Shown here piece after piece: positions 49,087 through 61,700 of a stretch of 64,000 bases of DNA. How positions within the stretch are numbered: position 1 is the first letter of the stretch; every line of letters begins with the position of its first letter. The DNA comes from Gemmatimonadales bacterium (GTDB taxonomy: Bacteria; Gemmatimonadota; Gemmatimonadetes; Gemmatimonadales; GWC2-71-9): NCBI GenBank assembly GCA_038321865.1, contig JBBQFH010000004.1, positions 32,001 through 96,000 of the forward strand. Direction: 5' to 3'. A program made the translations under genes and the position numbers. Under the pieces are notes generated by a model. It saw only the letters and a list, made by a program, of their open reading frames with translations, searched no databases and had not been told where the DNA came from.

Positions 49087-50208
49087 ATGAGTCAGTTCAC
49101 TGCACGACGGTTTGCCCTGGTAGCGGCGCTGCTGAGCGGAGTTCCCGCCGGGTTGGCGGCGCAGAGCACGACCCAGGACAATACCGGCTACGGCACCACA
49201 TCGGCGGAGTTCCTGCTGCTGGGTGCCGGCGCGCGCGGTGCCGCCCTTGGCGGCGCCTTTGCCTCCATCGCGAGCGACGTCAGCGCGCTCTACTACAACC
49301 CGGCAGGCACGGCGCTGATGGCCCGCCCCGGCGCGATGCTCAGCAGCTATCGCTACGTCGCCGGCACCAAGTACAGCTGGGGTGGCTTCGCCATTCCGAC
49401 CTCGGGTGGGTCCCGGGCCTTCGGAGTGCAGATCGGCACCTTCGGCTTCAGTAACCAGCCGGTCTACACCGCCGATCAGCCCGACGGCACCGGCGCGAAC
49501 TACTCGGTCAACGAGACGTTCGTCGGCCTCACCATGGCGCAGAACTTCTCGGATCGCTTCTCGGCCGGCATCACGCCGAAGTTCATTTTCGACAACCTCG
49601 GTGACGCCAGCGGCACCGCGTTCGCCGTGGACTTCGGCACGAACTTCCACGCCATGCTCAGCGGCCATCCGATCAAGTTCTCGTTCGTGCTGGCCAACCT
49701 CGGCAGCAACATCAAGTACGGCGGCACGGCCCTCAACAGCTCCACGCCGCGCGAGCCGCTTCCGGGTGAAGACCCGGTCCCGGGCCTCAATCAGCCGTCG
49801 CAGCTCCGTACGAAGGACTTCCCACTCCCGACGCTGTTCCGCGTCGGCCTGGCGTACGATCTCATGGGCGGCGAGTCCAGCCACCTCACGCTGTTGTCCG
49901 ACTTCAATCAGTCGACCAGCAACAAGGCCGGCTTCTCCGTCGGCAGCGAGTTTGCGTCCACCCGGCTCGGCGGCAGCGGCTTCGGCTTCGCGCTCCGCGG
50001 CAGCTACAGCTATCAGCCCGCGAACAACCTGAAGGTCGTCGATCCGGTGAGCACCGCGCTCACCGATGAGGAGAACCTGCAGGGGCTCGCTGTAGGCGGC
50101 GGTCTCAACTACGCCAGCGGGAATTTCAATCTCGGCTTCGACTACGCGTATCGGTACCAGGGCATTCTCGGCGGCACCAACTTCTTTACCTTCAGCGTTG
50201 GTTGGTAG
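49087..50208 (+). CDS. PorV/PorQ-family outer-membrane beta-barrel
   Basis: AEFLLLGAGARGAALGGA...DVSALYYNPAG, FAVDFG, LPTLFRVG, FDYAY; C-terminal SVGW. Confidence 0.88.
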   Translation: MSQFTARRFALVAALLSGVPAGLAAQSTTQDNTGYGTTSAEFLLLGAGARGAALGGAFASIASDVSALYYNPAGTALMARPGAMLSSYRYVAGTKYSWGGFAIPTSGGSRAFGVQIGTFGFSNQPVYTADQPDGTGANYSVNETFVGLTMAQNFSDRFSAGITPKFIFDNLGDASGTAFAVDFGTNFHAMLSGHPIKFSFVLANLGSNIKYGGTALNSSTPREPLPGEDPVPGLNQPSQLRTKDFPLPTLFRVGLAYDLMGGESSHLTLLSDFNQSTSNKAGFSVGSEFASTRLGGSGFGFALRGSYSYQPANNLKVVDPVSTALTDEENLQGLAVGGGLNYASGNFNLGFDYAYRYQGILGGTNFFTFSVGW

Positions 50209-50360
50209 CACCGGGTGAGGCTCGACAGGCCGCTGTGGTCATGAAGGACCACGGCGACCTGCGGGGCCTGTCCAACGAAGGACGGGTTGGGCGTCTCTAG
50301 GGATGCCGGCGCTGGATGCCGGCCCCAGGCCATTGTTTCTTCCCATCCCGAGGCAGGCGC

Positions 50361-51800
50361 ATGTCGCGTTCATATTTGCTGTTGCTGGCTGCTGCAGTCT
50401 GGGCGGGTCCCGTACTAGCCGCTCAGGCGACCGATCCTCTGACGGTTCGCGCCGTGCGTTTCTACCGCGCGGACGGGCAAAAGACGACGGTCAAGGCGTT
50501 CGTCGAGGTCCCCGCCGCGCTGGGCGAGCCGATGGCCGCCGGCCGGACCGATTCGGTCCGCTATCAGGTGCAGCTCAAGGTGATCGATGCGGCCGGCGTC
50601 ACGCTCCACAGCGAGACCTGGGGCAAGAATCTGCTCAACGAGCCGGGTGCCGCCGGTGTCGACATCGTTGAGTTCATCGTTTCGCCGGGCAAGTACCGCC
50701 TGGATGCCGCTGTGCTGAACGCGGCCGGACAGCGAAAGGCGGAAAGCAGCGTCAGTATCGAGGGGTACGCCACGCCTCCTCAGGCGTCGGATCTGCTCCT
50801 TGCGCCGATGATGCGGATCGCCGACAACGCCAGCGACACGGTTCCGAAGGGCGGCGAAATGCGCCGCGGCAATACGCTGATCGCCGCGACGGCAACATTG
50901 CACCTGACACCGCTCCGGTCGCGGGCGTTCTACCTGCTCGAGGCCTACAACCCGGGCGAGCTGGACCAGACGGGCAGCATGCAGGTGTCGGTGCTGGACA
51001 CGGCAGGACGGACGCTGACGCAGACACCCCCGGTCGCGGTGCGCATCGGCCCGGGTGGCGGGCTCCTCAAGGGGCAGATCGACCTCGAGGGTCTTCCGGA
51101 GGGCCGCTACAGCATGAAGGTGGCGGTTGACCTCGGCGGCAGGACGGTGGAGCGGACGGCCGATCTGACCATGGCCCCCCTGGCGACCACCGTAGCGAAG
51201 AACGCCGCGCTGACCCGGGTCGCGCTGACGACGGACGAGGGGTTCTTCGCGGCAATGACGGACGCCCAGCTGGACACGGCCGCGGCGCCGCTGATGTACC
51301 TCGCCAATGGCAGTGAGCGGTCGCTCCTGAGATCGTTCGACAAGCTGTCTCCGCTGGCCAAGCGGAGGATGCTGACCGAATTCTGGCAGAAGCGGGCGCC
51401 GGACAAGACGCTGCAGCAGAACGCGGCGCGCGAGCGGTTCTACGAGGCGATCGAATTCGCCAACCGGGCGTTCACCGAGGGAACCCGCCGGGCACAGGCG
51501 GGCTGGCGTACCGATCGGGGCCGCATTTATGCCAAGAACGGCGCCCCTGACGACGTGCTGAGACGGCCGAGCGGCGGGACGGTGCCGTACGAGGTGTGGC
51601 GTTACACGCGGGGCCGTAATCGTTATTATGTATTTGCCGACCGGACCGGGATCGGGGCATACAATCTCCTGCAGAGCAACGACCTGCAGGAGGCGACCTT
51701 CCCCGGCTGGCGCGAGATCTTGAAGGAAGACGCGGTGATCGACATCGGCCGCTACGTCGGGGTCGACTTCTACAGCGGCAACCAGCAGAGCGGAAACTGA
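50361..51800 (+). CDS. GWxTD domain-containing secreted protein
   Basis: Signal peptide; EFWQKR, AGWRTDRGRIYAKNGAPD, PYEVWRY, YYVFAD. Confidence 0.9.
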   Translation: MSRSYLLLLAAAVWAGPVLAAQATDPLTVRAVRFYRADGQKTTVKAFVEVPAALGEPMAAGRTDSVRYQVQLKVIDAAGVTLHSETWGKNLLNEPGAAGVDIVEFIVSPGKYRLDAAVLNAAGQRKAESSVSIEGYATPPQASDLLLAPMMRIADNASDTVPKGGEMRRGNTLIAATATLHLTPLRSRAFYLLEAYNPGELDQTGSMQVSVLDTAGRTLTQTPPVAVRIGPGGGLLKGQIDLEGLPEGRYSMKVAVDLGGRTVERTADLTMAPLATTVAKNAALTRVALTTDEGFFAAMTDAQLDTAAAPLMYLANGSERSLLRSFDKLSPLAKRRMLTEFWQKRAPDKTLQQNAARERFYEAIEFANRAFTEGTRRAQAGWRTDRGRIYAKNGAPDDVLRRPSGGTVPYEVWRYTRGRNRYYVFADRTGIGAYNLLQSNDLQEATFPGWREILKEDAVIDIGRYVGVDFYSGNQQSGN

Positions 51801-51950
51801 ACGTGACCGCCCGGCCGGAGCGCCCTGGAGACGCCGTCATCGCATGAGAGCGCGGCACAATTCAGGTGCCGACACAGGGCGGCTTCGGCCGTGCGGGTAT
51901 CACTGGGGATTCCGGTCCCTCGTTTCCAGTCCCAACTCGAGGTGCTCGTT

Positions 51951-53342
51951 ATGAAGCAATGGCTACGTCCTATTATGCTGCTCGCGATCCCGATTGCCGC
52001 CTGGGGATGCAAGAGCGATCCGACCGTCACCAACGACATCGGTACCCCGTCGAAACTGGTCGCCAGCCCATCGACGGTCTTTGTGGCGCAAGGCGCCTCG
52101 GAGGCCACGTCAGTCACGCTGGTAGATGCCAACGGCAACCCGGTCCCCGGCACGTTCACCCTGACCCCGCCGAGCGACGCCAATTTTACGGTGGTGCAGG
52201 ACACGAGCCAGCTGCTGATTTATGACGCGGCAGGCAACTCGGTGCAGCGGAGCAGCCAGTCTTCGGCCCGGTACACCATCACGGCGAACGGGTTCGGAGC
52301 GACGTCGTTCCAGGTGACGTCGGGCAGTCTCACCACCACGATCAACGTGTCTTCGTACCCGGCAACGCTGCCGGCGACGTTCAACACGGGTACGCCAGCC
52401 GTCGGGCAGACGGTGACCGTCACTGCTCCGGCCGGCACGTTCTTCCGGCCCACGTCGACGATTGCGTTTGCCGGCGTTGCCGACGCGAGGATCATATCGC
52501 GTGCGGCCGACAGCTCGTCGATCACGTTCCTCGTACAGCCGGGCACGAACGGCGTCGCCACCATCTCGAATGTAGGAGTTCGGTCCAGCCCGACGCTCTC
52601 ATTCACGGTCCCGACCATTGCCACCGTCAAGCTGCCGGCGCCGACGACGTTCATCGGCACGATCAACACGACGACTCCCGCCGCCGGACAGACCGTTATC
52701 CTGACCGGCACGGGCTTCAAGGTTTCGCCGGCCGCGACAGTCACCGTCGGGGGTACCCCGGCCATTTCCATTACTACGGCGGCGGACAGCTCGACTCTGA
52801 GCTTCATCCCGGCGCCCGGAAGCTCGGGAATCATCAATGTGACCGGTGCGGCGGCGAACGGTTTCGCGCTCGGCCTGCTGCCGACCACGTTGTCGCTCAC
52901 GGCTGGCTCGGGTGCCGTCACCAAGATCGCCGGAACCGATGCGCTGGGCACGGCCCCGACGCTTAATGTTGCGGCGGGTCGCGCCACGGGCTTCATCGAC
53001 GCGCCGCCGTTCGGCTACCTCGGGACCGGCTGCACCACGTCGCTGGGCGATCCCTGCAATGTGTACAAGATCGTCACCACAACGGCGAACCAGAAGTTTA
53101 CGGTGACGCTCGACTGGAATAACACCTCCGATCTGGGCCTGTACGTGCTCAACTCCGCCGGCGCGCTGGTTGCTGGCGCGGGCAACGCTGACGCAGGCGG
53201 CACCGGAGCCAGCGGACACCCGGAAAATGCTACGCTCACCTTCGCTACTCCGGGGACGTACTATCTCGCGGTCCTGCGCTTTACCTACGCGGGCTCCACG
53301 GTCGATCCGACATACTACACCGTCCAGATTACGGGCCTGTAG
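51951..53342 (+). CDS. Thr/Ser-rich lipoprotein with tandem Ig/IPT-like repeats and a C-terminal PPC-like domain
   Basis: Lipobox AAWGC; two repeats GQTV..T...AADSS(S/T)(I/L); C-terminal SDLGLYVLN...E.....PGTYYL. Confidence 0.75.
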   Translation: MKQWLRPIMLLAIPIAAWGCKSDPTVTNDIGTPSKLVASPSTVFVAQGASEATSVTLVDANGNPVPGTFTLTPPSDANFTVVQDTSQLLIYDAAGNSVQRSSQSSARYTITANGFGATSFQVTSGSLTTTINVSSYPATLPATFNTGTPAVGQTVTVTAPAGTFFRPTSTIAFAGVADARIISRAADSSSITFLVQPGTNGVATISNVGVRSSPTLSFTVPTIATVKLPAPTTFIGTINTTTPAAGQTVILTGTGFKVSPAATVTVGGTPAISITTAADSSTLSFIPAPGSSGIINVTGAAANGFALGLLPTTLSLTAGSGAVTKIAGTDALGTAPTLNVAAGRATGFIDAPPFGYLGTGCTTSLGDPCNVYKIVTTTANQKFTVTLDWNNTSDLGLYVLNSAGALVAGAGNADAGGTGASGHPENATLTFATPGTYYLAVLRFTYAGSTVDPTYYTVQITGL

Positions 53343-53366
53343 TCGGTAGTTGCTCAGCAGTACGCG

Positions 53367-53402
53367 GAAGCCCCCGGCAGGTTGCCGGGGGCTTCTGTTT
53401 TT
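53367..53402 (+). terminator. Intrinsic terminator
   Basis: GAAGCCCCCGGCA-ggt-TGCCGGGGGCTTC followed by TGTTTTT. Confidence 0.85.
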
Positions 53403-53413
53403 CCTGCCCGGCT

Positions 53414-55224
53414 TCAGGGCGCGATCGTTGGACCGCCGGTCTCGTCATTGCGGAACTGCGTCTGGTACAGCCGCGCGTACAGCCCGCCGCGTTCCAGCAG
53501 CTCCCCGTGGGTTCCTTCCTCCACGATCCGCCCGCGGTCCACCACCAGCAACCGGTCCGCCCGGCGGACGGTGCTGAGCCGGTGGGCTATGATCAGCGTC
53601 GTGCGGCCCACCAGAAGCTTTCCCAGCGCATCCTCGATCAGCCGCTCGCTCTCGGTGTCGAGGCTGCTGGTGGCCTCGTCCAGGATCAGCACGGCGGGGT
53701 CCTTGAGGATGGCGCGGGCGATGGCGATCCGTTGCCGCTGCCCGCCGGAGAGCTTGACGCCCCGCTCGCCGACCAGCGTCTCGTACCCTTGCGGCAGCTG
53801 TTGCACGAACTCATGCGCGTGCGCCGCCCGGGCCGCCACCTCGATGTCGGCCCGCGTGGCCGAGGGGCGGGCGTAGGAGATGTTGTCCGCCACCGAGCCG
53901 CTGAAGAGGGCGGGCTCCTGCGGCACGATGCCGACCGCGCCACGCAGGTCCGCTAGCCGGAGTGAGCGGATATCCACGCCGTCGAGAAGGATGCGGCCCT
54001 CGTCCACGTCCCAGAAGCGGGGCAGCAGCGAGACCAGCGTCGTCTTGCCGCCTCCCGAGGGGCCGACGAGCGCGACGACCTCGCCGGGGCGGGCCGTCAG
54101 CGCGATGTTCCGCAGCGTCCACGGGGCGTCGGCATCGTGCAGGTAGCGGAACGACACGTTATCGTACGTGACCTCGCCGCGGACCCGCGCCGCGAGCGGG
54201 CGCGCGTCGGGGGCATCGGCGATGGCGGGGGTGGTCTCGATGATTTCGAATACCCGGTGTACCGCGCCCACCGCCTCCTGGTAGGCGCTGTAGAATGAGG
54301 CCAGGCCCCCGATGGACGCCGCGATGAAGATCGTGTAGAGCAGAAACTCGACCAGCGAGCCGGGGGTGAGCCGCCCATCGAGCACCAGGCGTCCCCCCTG
54401 CCAGAGCACCACCACGATCCCGCTGAAGCTGGCGAAGGTGATGATGCCCACGAACACACCGCGGAGCTGCGCCCGCCGAAGCGCCTGCACCACACCCTCC
54501 CGGACCCGCTCCCCGTACCGGGCCCGCTCGGCGCCTTCCTGCACGAAGCTCTGGACCGTCCGGATCTGGCTCAGCGCCTCCTCGGCCACCGCGTTGGCGT
54601 CCGCCACCCGGTCCTGGACGCCGGTGGTGATCCGGCGGAGCTTCCGGCCAAAGTAGAAGATCGACAGCACCACGAGCGGAGCGACGCTCAGCGCCGTGAA
54701 CGTCAGGCGGGGCTGCCGGAGTGTGAGCAGAATGATGGCGCCCACCAGCTGAATCACCTGGCGGGAAAACTCGGCCAGCTGATGGCTCATGACTCCCTGC
54801 ACCAGGGCCACGTCGGCCGTGAGGCGGCTGGTGAGCTCGCCGGTCCGGCGCTCGGCGAAGAACCCTGGCGGCATGTCGAGCAGCCGCGAGAACAGCTCGC
54901 GGCGGAGACCCGCAACCGCCCGCTCACCGGTCGCGCTCAGCAGGTAGGCCTGGGCATAGTTGAGCACGGCCTGAATAACGAAAAGTATGATCAGGCCGAG
55001 CGCGATCCGGTCGAGCAGCCGCCGGTCGCGGTGCACGAAGGCCGAGTCGAGCAGGTAGCGCACGACGCCGGGGAAGGCGAGACCGATGGCGCTGCTGAGC
55101 AGGAGGGTGACGACGGCCAGGCCGAGCGCGCCCCGGTAGGGACGGACTCGCGGCCACAGCCGGTTCAGTTCACGCGGAGACGGGAGCCGGCGCTTGGGCA
55201 GCGCGCCGGGCACTGGCGCGGCGG

Positions 55225-55228
<4 letters not shown>
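53414..55228 (-). CDS. ABC exporter, fused TMD-NBD (MsbA-like)
   Basis: TM domain; GPSGGGKTT, LSGGQRQR, ILDEATSSLD, IAHRLST. Confidence 0.93.
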
Positions 55229-57117
<1,889 letters not shown>

Positions 57118-57216
57118 TAGTATCAATCCCGGGCAGATGATCGTCGGCCGCGCGGCGGCGGCGAAACGAGCGGAAAGAACGGCCTCCCTCGCCCCCTTGT
57201 CAAGGAAATTGCCCTC

Positions 57217-58587
57217 ATGTCAGAACCCCGCGATGCCTGGGGCGAACGGCTCCCGCGCCACCTCGGCTTGTGGAGCGCGGTCGCCGTGCTGGTGGGGTCG
57301 ACCATCGGCAGCGGCATCTTCCGGGTACCGGCCGGAGTGGCGGCCACCCTGGGCCAGCCGGGACCCGTCATCCTGGCCTGGGTGCTGGGCGGGGCGATCG
57401 CGCTCTTCGGGGCGCTGACCTACGCCGAGCTGGCGGCGGCGCTGCCGCGCTCCGGCGGAGTCTTCGCGTACATCCTCGAGGCGTTCGGGCCGTTGCCCGC
57501 CTTTCTGTTCGGCTGGTCGGAGCTGGCGGTCATCCGCGCCTCCGCGCTCGGTGCCATCGCGACGATCTTCGCCGAGTACCTCGGGTTCTTCATCCGGCTG
57601 TCGCCGATGGAAGTGCGCTGGGTGGCCGCCGGCGCCGTGATCCTGGTGGGGATCTTCAACTACGTCGGCGTGAGCCTCGCCGCTGTCGTGATGAACCTGA
57701 CGACGGTCGGCAAGTACGGCGCCCTGACCGCGCTCTGCCTGCTCGCCTTTGCCGCGGGGGACGGCAGCGCCACCCACTTCACACCGGCCTGGAGTGCCGG
57801 CCTCAATCTCTCGCTTTTGGCCACCGCGCTCATTCCGATCATGTGGACGTACGACGGCTGGGCCGACCTCGCCTTCATGGGCGGGGAGGTGAAGGATCCG
57901 CAGCGCACCCTCCCCCTCGCGCTCATCATCGGCACGGCGGCGATCGTGGTCGTGTACCTGGTGCTCAACCTGGCTTACATCTACCTGCTGCCGCTGCCCG
58001 AGATGGCGGGTGCCAAGCTGATCGCCTCGACGGCGGCCGAGCGGATTCCGCTGCTCGGAAGCCGCGGGGCGGCGGTGATCGCCGGCGTGGTCATGCTTTC
58101 GTGCTTCGGCTCGCTGAACGGATCGATGATGACCGGGCCACGGATCTTCTTCGCGATGGCCGACCGCGGGCTGTTCTTCAAGGGAATCGCCCGGGTCTCG
58201 CCCCGATTCAAGAGCCCTTCGGTGGCCATCCTGCTGGCCACGACGCTCGGCGTCGTCTACGTCCTGCTGAACGATTTCGCGCAGCTGGCGGACAAGTTCA
58301 TTCTCGGGATCTGGCCCTTCTATGCCCTCGCCGTCGGGGCGGTCTTCGTGTTCCGGCGTACCCGGCCCGACCTCGTTCGCCCCTACCGGACGTGGGGCTA
58401 TCCGGTGGTGCCGATCCTGTTCCTGGTGGCGTCCGTCGGCATGGTGGTGAACGCGCTGGTCACCGACCCGCGCAACACCGGGATCACCTTCGCCATTATC
58501 CTGGCCGGCGTGCCTGCTTACTATGCGTGGCGGGCCTGGTCCGGGCGGGCCCGGACCGATTCCGTCGCGGGCGGCGACACTGCTTGA
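57217..58587 (+). CDS. APC family amino acid permease
   Basis: GSTIGSGIF, YAELAAALPRSGG, WTYDGW, GEVKDPQR, RPYRTWGYP. Confidence 0.93.
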   Translation: MSEPRDAWGERLPRHLGLWSAVAVLVGSTIGSGIFRVPAGVAATLGQPGPVILAWVLGGAIALFGALTYAELAAALPRSGGVFAYILEAFGPLPAFLFGWSELAVIRASALGAIATIFAEYLGFFIRLSPMEVRWVAAGAVILVGIFNYVGVSLAAVVMNLTTVGKYGALTALCLLAFAAGDGSATHFTPAWSAGLNLSLLATALIPIMWTYDGWADLAFMGGEVKDPQRTLPLALIIGTAAIVVVYLVLNLAYIYLLPLPEMAGAKLIASTAAERIPLLGSRGAAVIAGVVMLSCFGSLNGSMMTGPRIFFAMADRGLFFKGIARVSPRFKSPSVAILLATTLGVVYVLLNDFAQLADKFILGIWPFYALAVGAVFVFRRTRPDLVRPYRTWGYPVVPILFLVASVGMVVNALVTDPRNTGITFAIILAGVPAYYAWRAWSGRARTDSVAGGDTA

Positions 58588-58611
58588 CCTCGCCCGACCG
58601 CGGCGTATACT
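58584..58611 (+). promoter_or_regulatory. Putative sigma70 promoter
   Basis: TTGACC-N16-TATACT upstream of the second receptor. Confidence 0.55.
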
Positions 58612-58744
58612 TCCCGCCGAAGGTCAGGCCCATCACCTAATCGCCGCAGTGCAAATCTCCCGCGTCTCCAGCCGCAGCTGGCCACGCCGGGGCATGTTTT
58701 CGGAGCGCAGCTCTCCACCTCTCGCTGGTGAGGACATCGGGACT

Positions 58745-61700
58745 ATGCCGTCATGGATCCGTAAGGTCGGGCTCGGAATCGCGGCTCTCGTGCTTGCGGC
58801 CGTCACCGGCCAGCGCGCCGAGGCTCAGGGCACCACGTTCTCGGCGGTCCAGGGGACGATCACTCAGGCCGGTGCCGCTGCCCGGCCGCTGGAAGGCGCG
58901 ACCGTCAACGTGACCAACGGCTCCACCGGCCAGCGGTACTCCGCGACGTCGCGCTCAAGCGGGCGGTACAGCGTCGAGAACGTGGCGGTCGGCGGACCCT
59001 ACACGATCGAGGTTCGCGCCATCGGCTACCAGCCGGTGCGCCAGGCGGGTGTCACCCTGATCCTCGGCCAGCGCCTCGAGGCGAGTTTTGCACTGACCCC
59101 GGCCGTCGTGCAGCTGAGCGACGTCGTCGTGGCGAGTCAGGCCAATCCACTCATCAACGCCAACAAGACGGGCGCGGAGCAGAGCATCAGCTCCGACGTC
59201 ATCGCCAGCCTGCCCCTCCTCGGCCGCAACTTCACCGACCTGGTGCGCACCAGCCCGCAGGTCGTCGGCACCTCGGTGAGTGGCCAGAACAACCGGTTCA
59301 ACAACATCCAGATCGATGGCGGCGTGAACAACGACCTGTTCGGCCTCGGCAGCTCCGGCGCGCCGGGCGGACAGGTGGGCGCGTCGGCGATCTCGGTGGA
59401 AGCGATCAAGGAGTTCCAGATCCTGATCGCGCCGTTCGACGTGCGCCAGGGCGGATTTACCGGCGGCCTCATCAATGCCATCACCAAGTCGGGTACCAAC
59501 GAGTTCCACGGCTCGGCGTTCGGCTACCTGCAGAGCCAGCAGCTGGTGGGTCACGATACCGCAGGCGTGGTGTCGGGCAAGTTCAACACCAAGCAGTACG
59601 GCTTCACCGTCAGCGGCCCGGTCATCCGTGACCGGATGCACTTCTTCGTAGCGGCGGACCTGCAGGCCAAGACGACGCCGTGGGCCGGCCAGCAGATCGG
59701 ACTCGACGCGGCGGGCGGCGCCGACTCCGTGGGCATCGGCATCACCCAGGCGACAGCCGAGCGGGTGCAGACCTACCTCCAGGGGCTGGGCTTCGATCCG
59801 GGTGACTGGCGCGCACCCAACCTGCGGACGCCGGACAACAACGTGTTCGCCAAGCTCGACTTCCAGCTCGGCACCAACAGCACGCTCGAGGTCACCAACA
59901 ATTATGTGAAGGCCTCGGACGACAAGCTCACCCGCAATTCGACGCAGACCGGCAACCGCGACGGCTACCAGCTGTCGCTCAGCGGCTATGCCCAGAAAAA
60001 CAAGACCAACACTACCCGTGCCAAGTGGGCCGCGGTGTTCGGTCAGCGCTTCAGCAACGAGCTGCTCCTCAGCCGCTCCACGATTCGGGATATCCGCGGG
60101 CTGCTCAACCGCATCCCGCTGCTGCTCATCGGCGGCGATCGTCCGGGCGGTGCCACCAACATCGCCGCCGGTGCCGACCGCTTCTCGCAGGGCAATCAGC
60201 TGGACCAGGATATCTACGAGATCACCGACAACATGACCTTCGACATGGGCGCCCACCGGCTCACCTTCGGCACCCACAACGAGTTCTTCAAGTTTTACAA
60301 CGTCTTCACCGCGGGCTCGTACGGCATCTACAGCTTCACCAACGTCGATTCGCTCATCGCACAGCACCCGAACCGGTACGAGATTCTCTACGGCACCACC
60401 GCGCGTCCCGAAGGCGCCGTCGCGAATTTCCATGTGAAGCAGTATGGATTCTACGCGCAGGATGCGTGGACGCCGAACGACCGTTTCACCCTGACGCTCG
60501 GCCTCCGCGCCGACCTGCCCCACGTCGACAAACCGAACACCAACCCCGGGCTGCTCGACACGCTCGCCATCAACACCGCCATCACGCCCAGCGGCAAGCT
60601 CTGGTCGCCGCGACTCGGCTTCAACTGGGATGCCACCGGCAAGGGCGAGATGATCGTCCGCGGCGGCGTCGGCGTCTTCAGCGGGCGGCCGCCCTACGTG
60701 TGGGTCTCCAACGCCTTCGTGAATACCGGCCTCGAACAGCTTGACCTGGTCTGCAGCGGCGCACAGGTGCCCGCGTTCACGCTCGATACCGCGCTCACGC
60801 CGCGTGCCTGCGCCTCGGGCACCGGCGCATCACCGGCGGCGTCGACGATCAACTATTTCGATCCCAACTTCAAGTACCCACAGACCCTCAAGGTCGCGAT
60901 GGGCGTGGACCGCGAGCTGCCGTGGAACGTCGTGGCCACGGTAGACTTCCTGCACACCCGCTCGCTCAACCAGTTCTTCCTGCAGGACGTGAACCTGATC
61001 GAGCGCGGCGTCAACAACGAAGGCCGGAAGCTGTACGGGGCGATCACGCCCGCCGGCACGGTGACGCCGGCCCGCTTCTCCAGCAACTACCGCCAGGTAA
61101 TCCGCCACACCAACGAGAGCGGCGATTTCTCGACCTCGATCACCGGCCAGCTGCAGAAGCGCTTCAGCAATGGCATCGCCTTCAACATCGGCTACACCTA
61201 CTCGCGCACCCGCGACCTGATGTCGCTGACTTCCAGCATCGCCAGCTCGAATCTCAACTTCGCGCCGCTCGCCGGCGACATGGATCAGCGCCTGCGCCGG
61301 ATCTCGGCGTTCGACCGCCCACACAAGGTCGCGATCAGCGGCTCGATCGCGGCGCCGTTCCAGACCCGCTTCGCCCTGTTCTACACCGGGACGTCCGGCT
61401 CTCCGTACACCTACGTGGTGTCCGGCGACGCCAACGCCGACGGCATCGCGTCCAACGATATCGCCTATATCCCGCGGAACGCGAGCGACATCACGATGAC
61501 CGGCACCACGCCCGACGATCGCGCCGGACGCTATGCGACGCTGGACGCCTATATCAACGGCGAGGCCTGTCTCCGGAGCAATCGCGGCCGCATCATGGAA
61601 CGCAACACCTGCCGCAACCCGTGGGAGAGCTTCGTGGACGCCCGGCTGGGGAAAGTCATTCCGACGGTCTCCGGCCAGGCGCTCGAGCTGACGCTCGACG

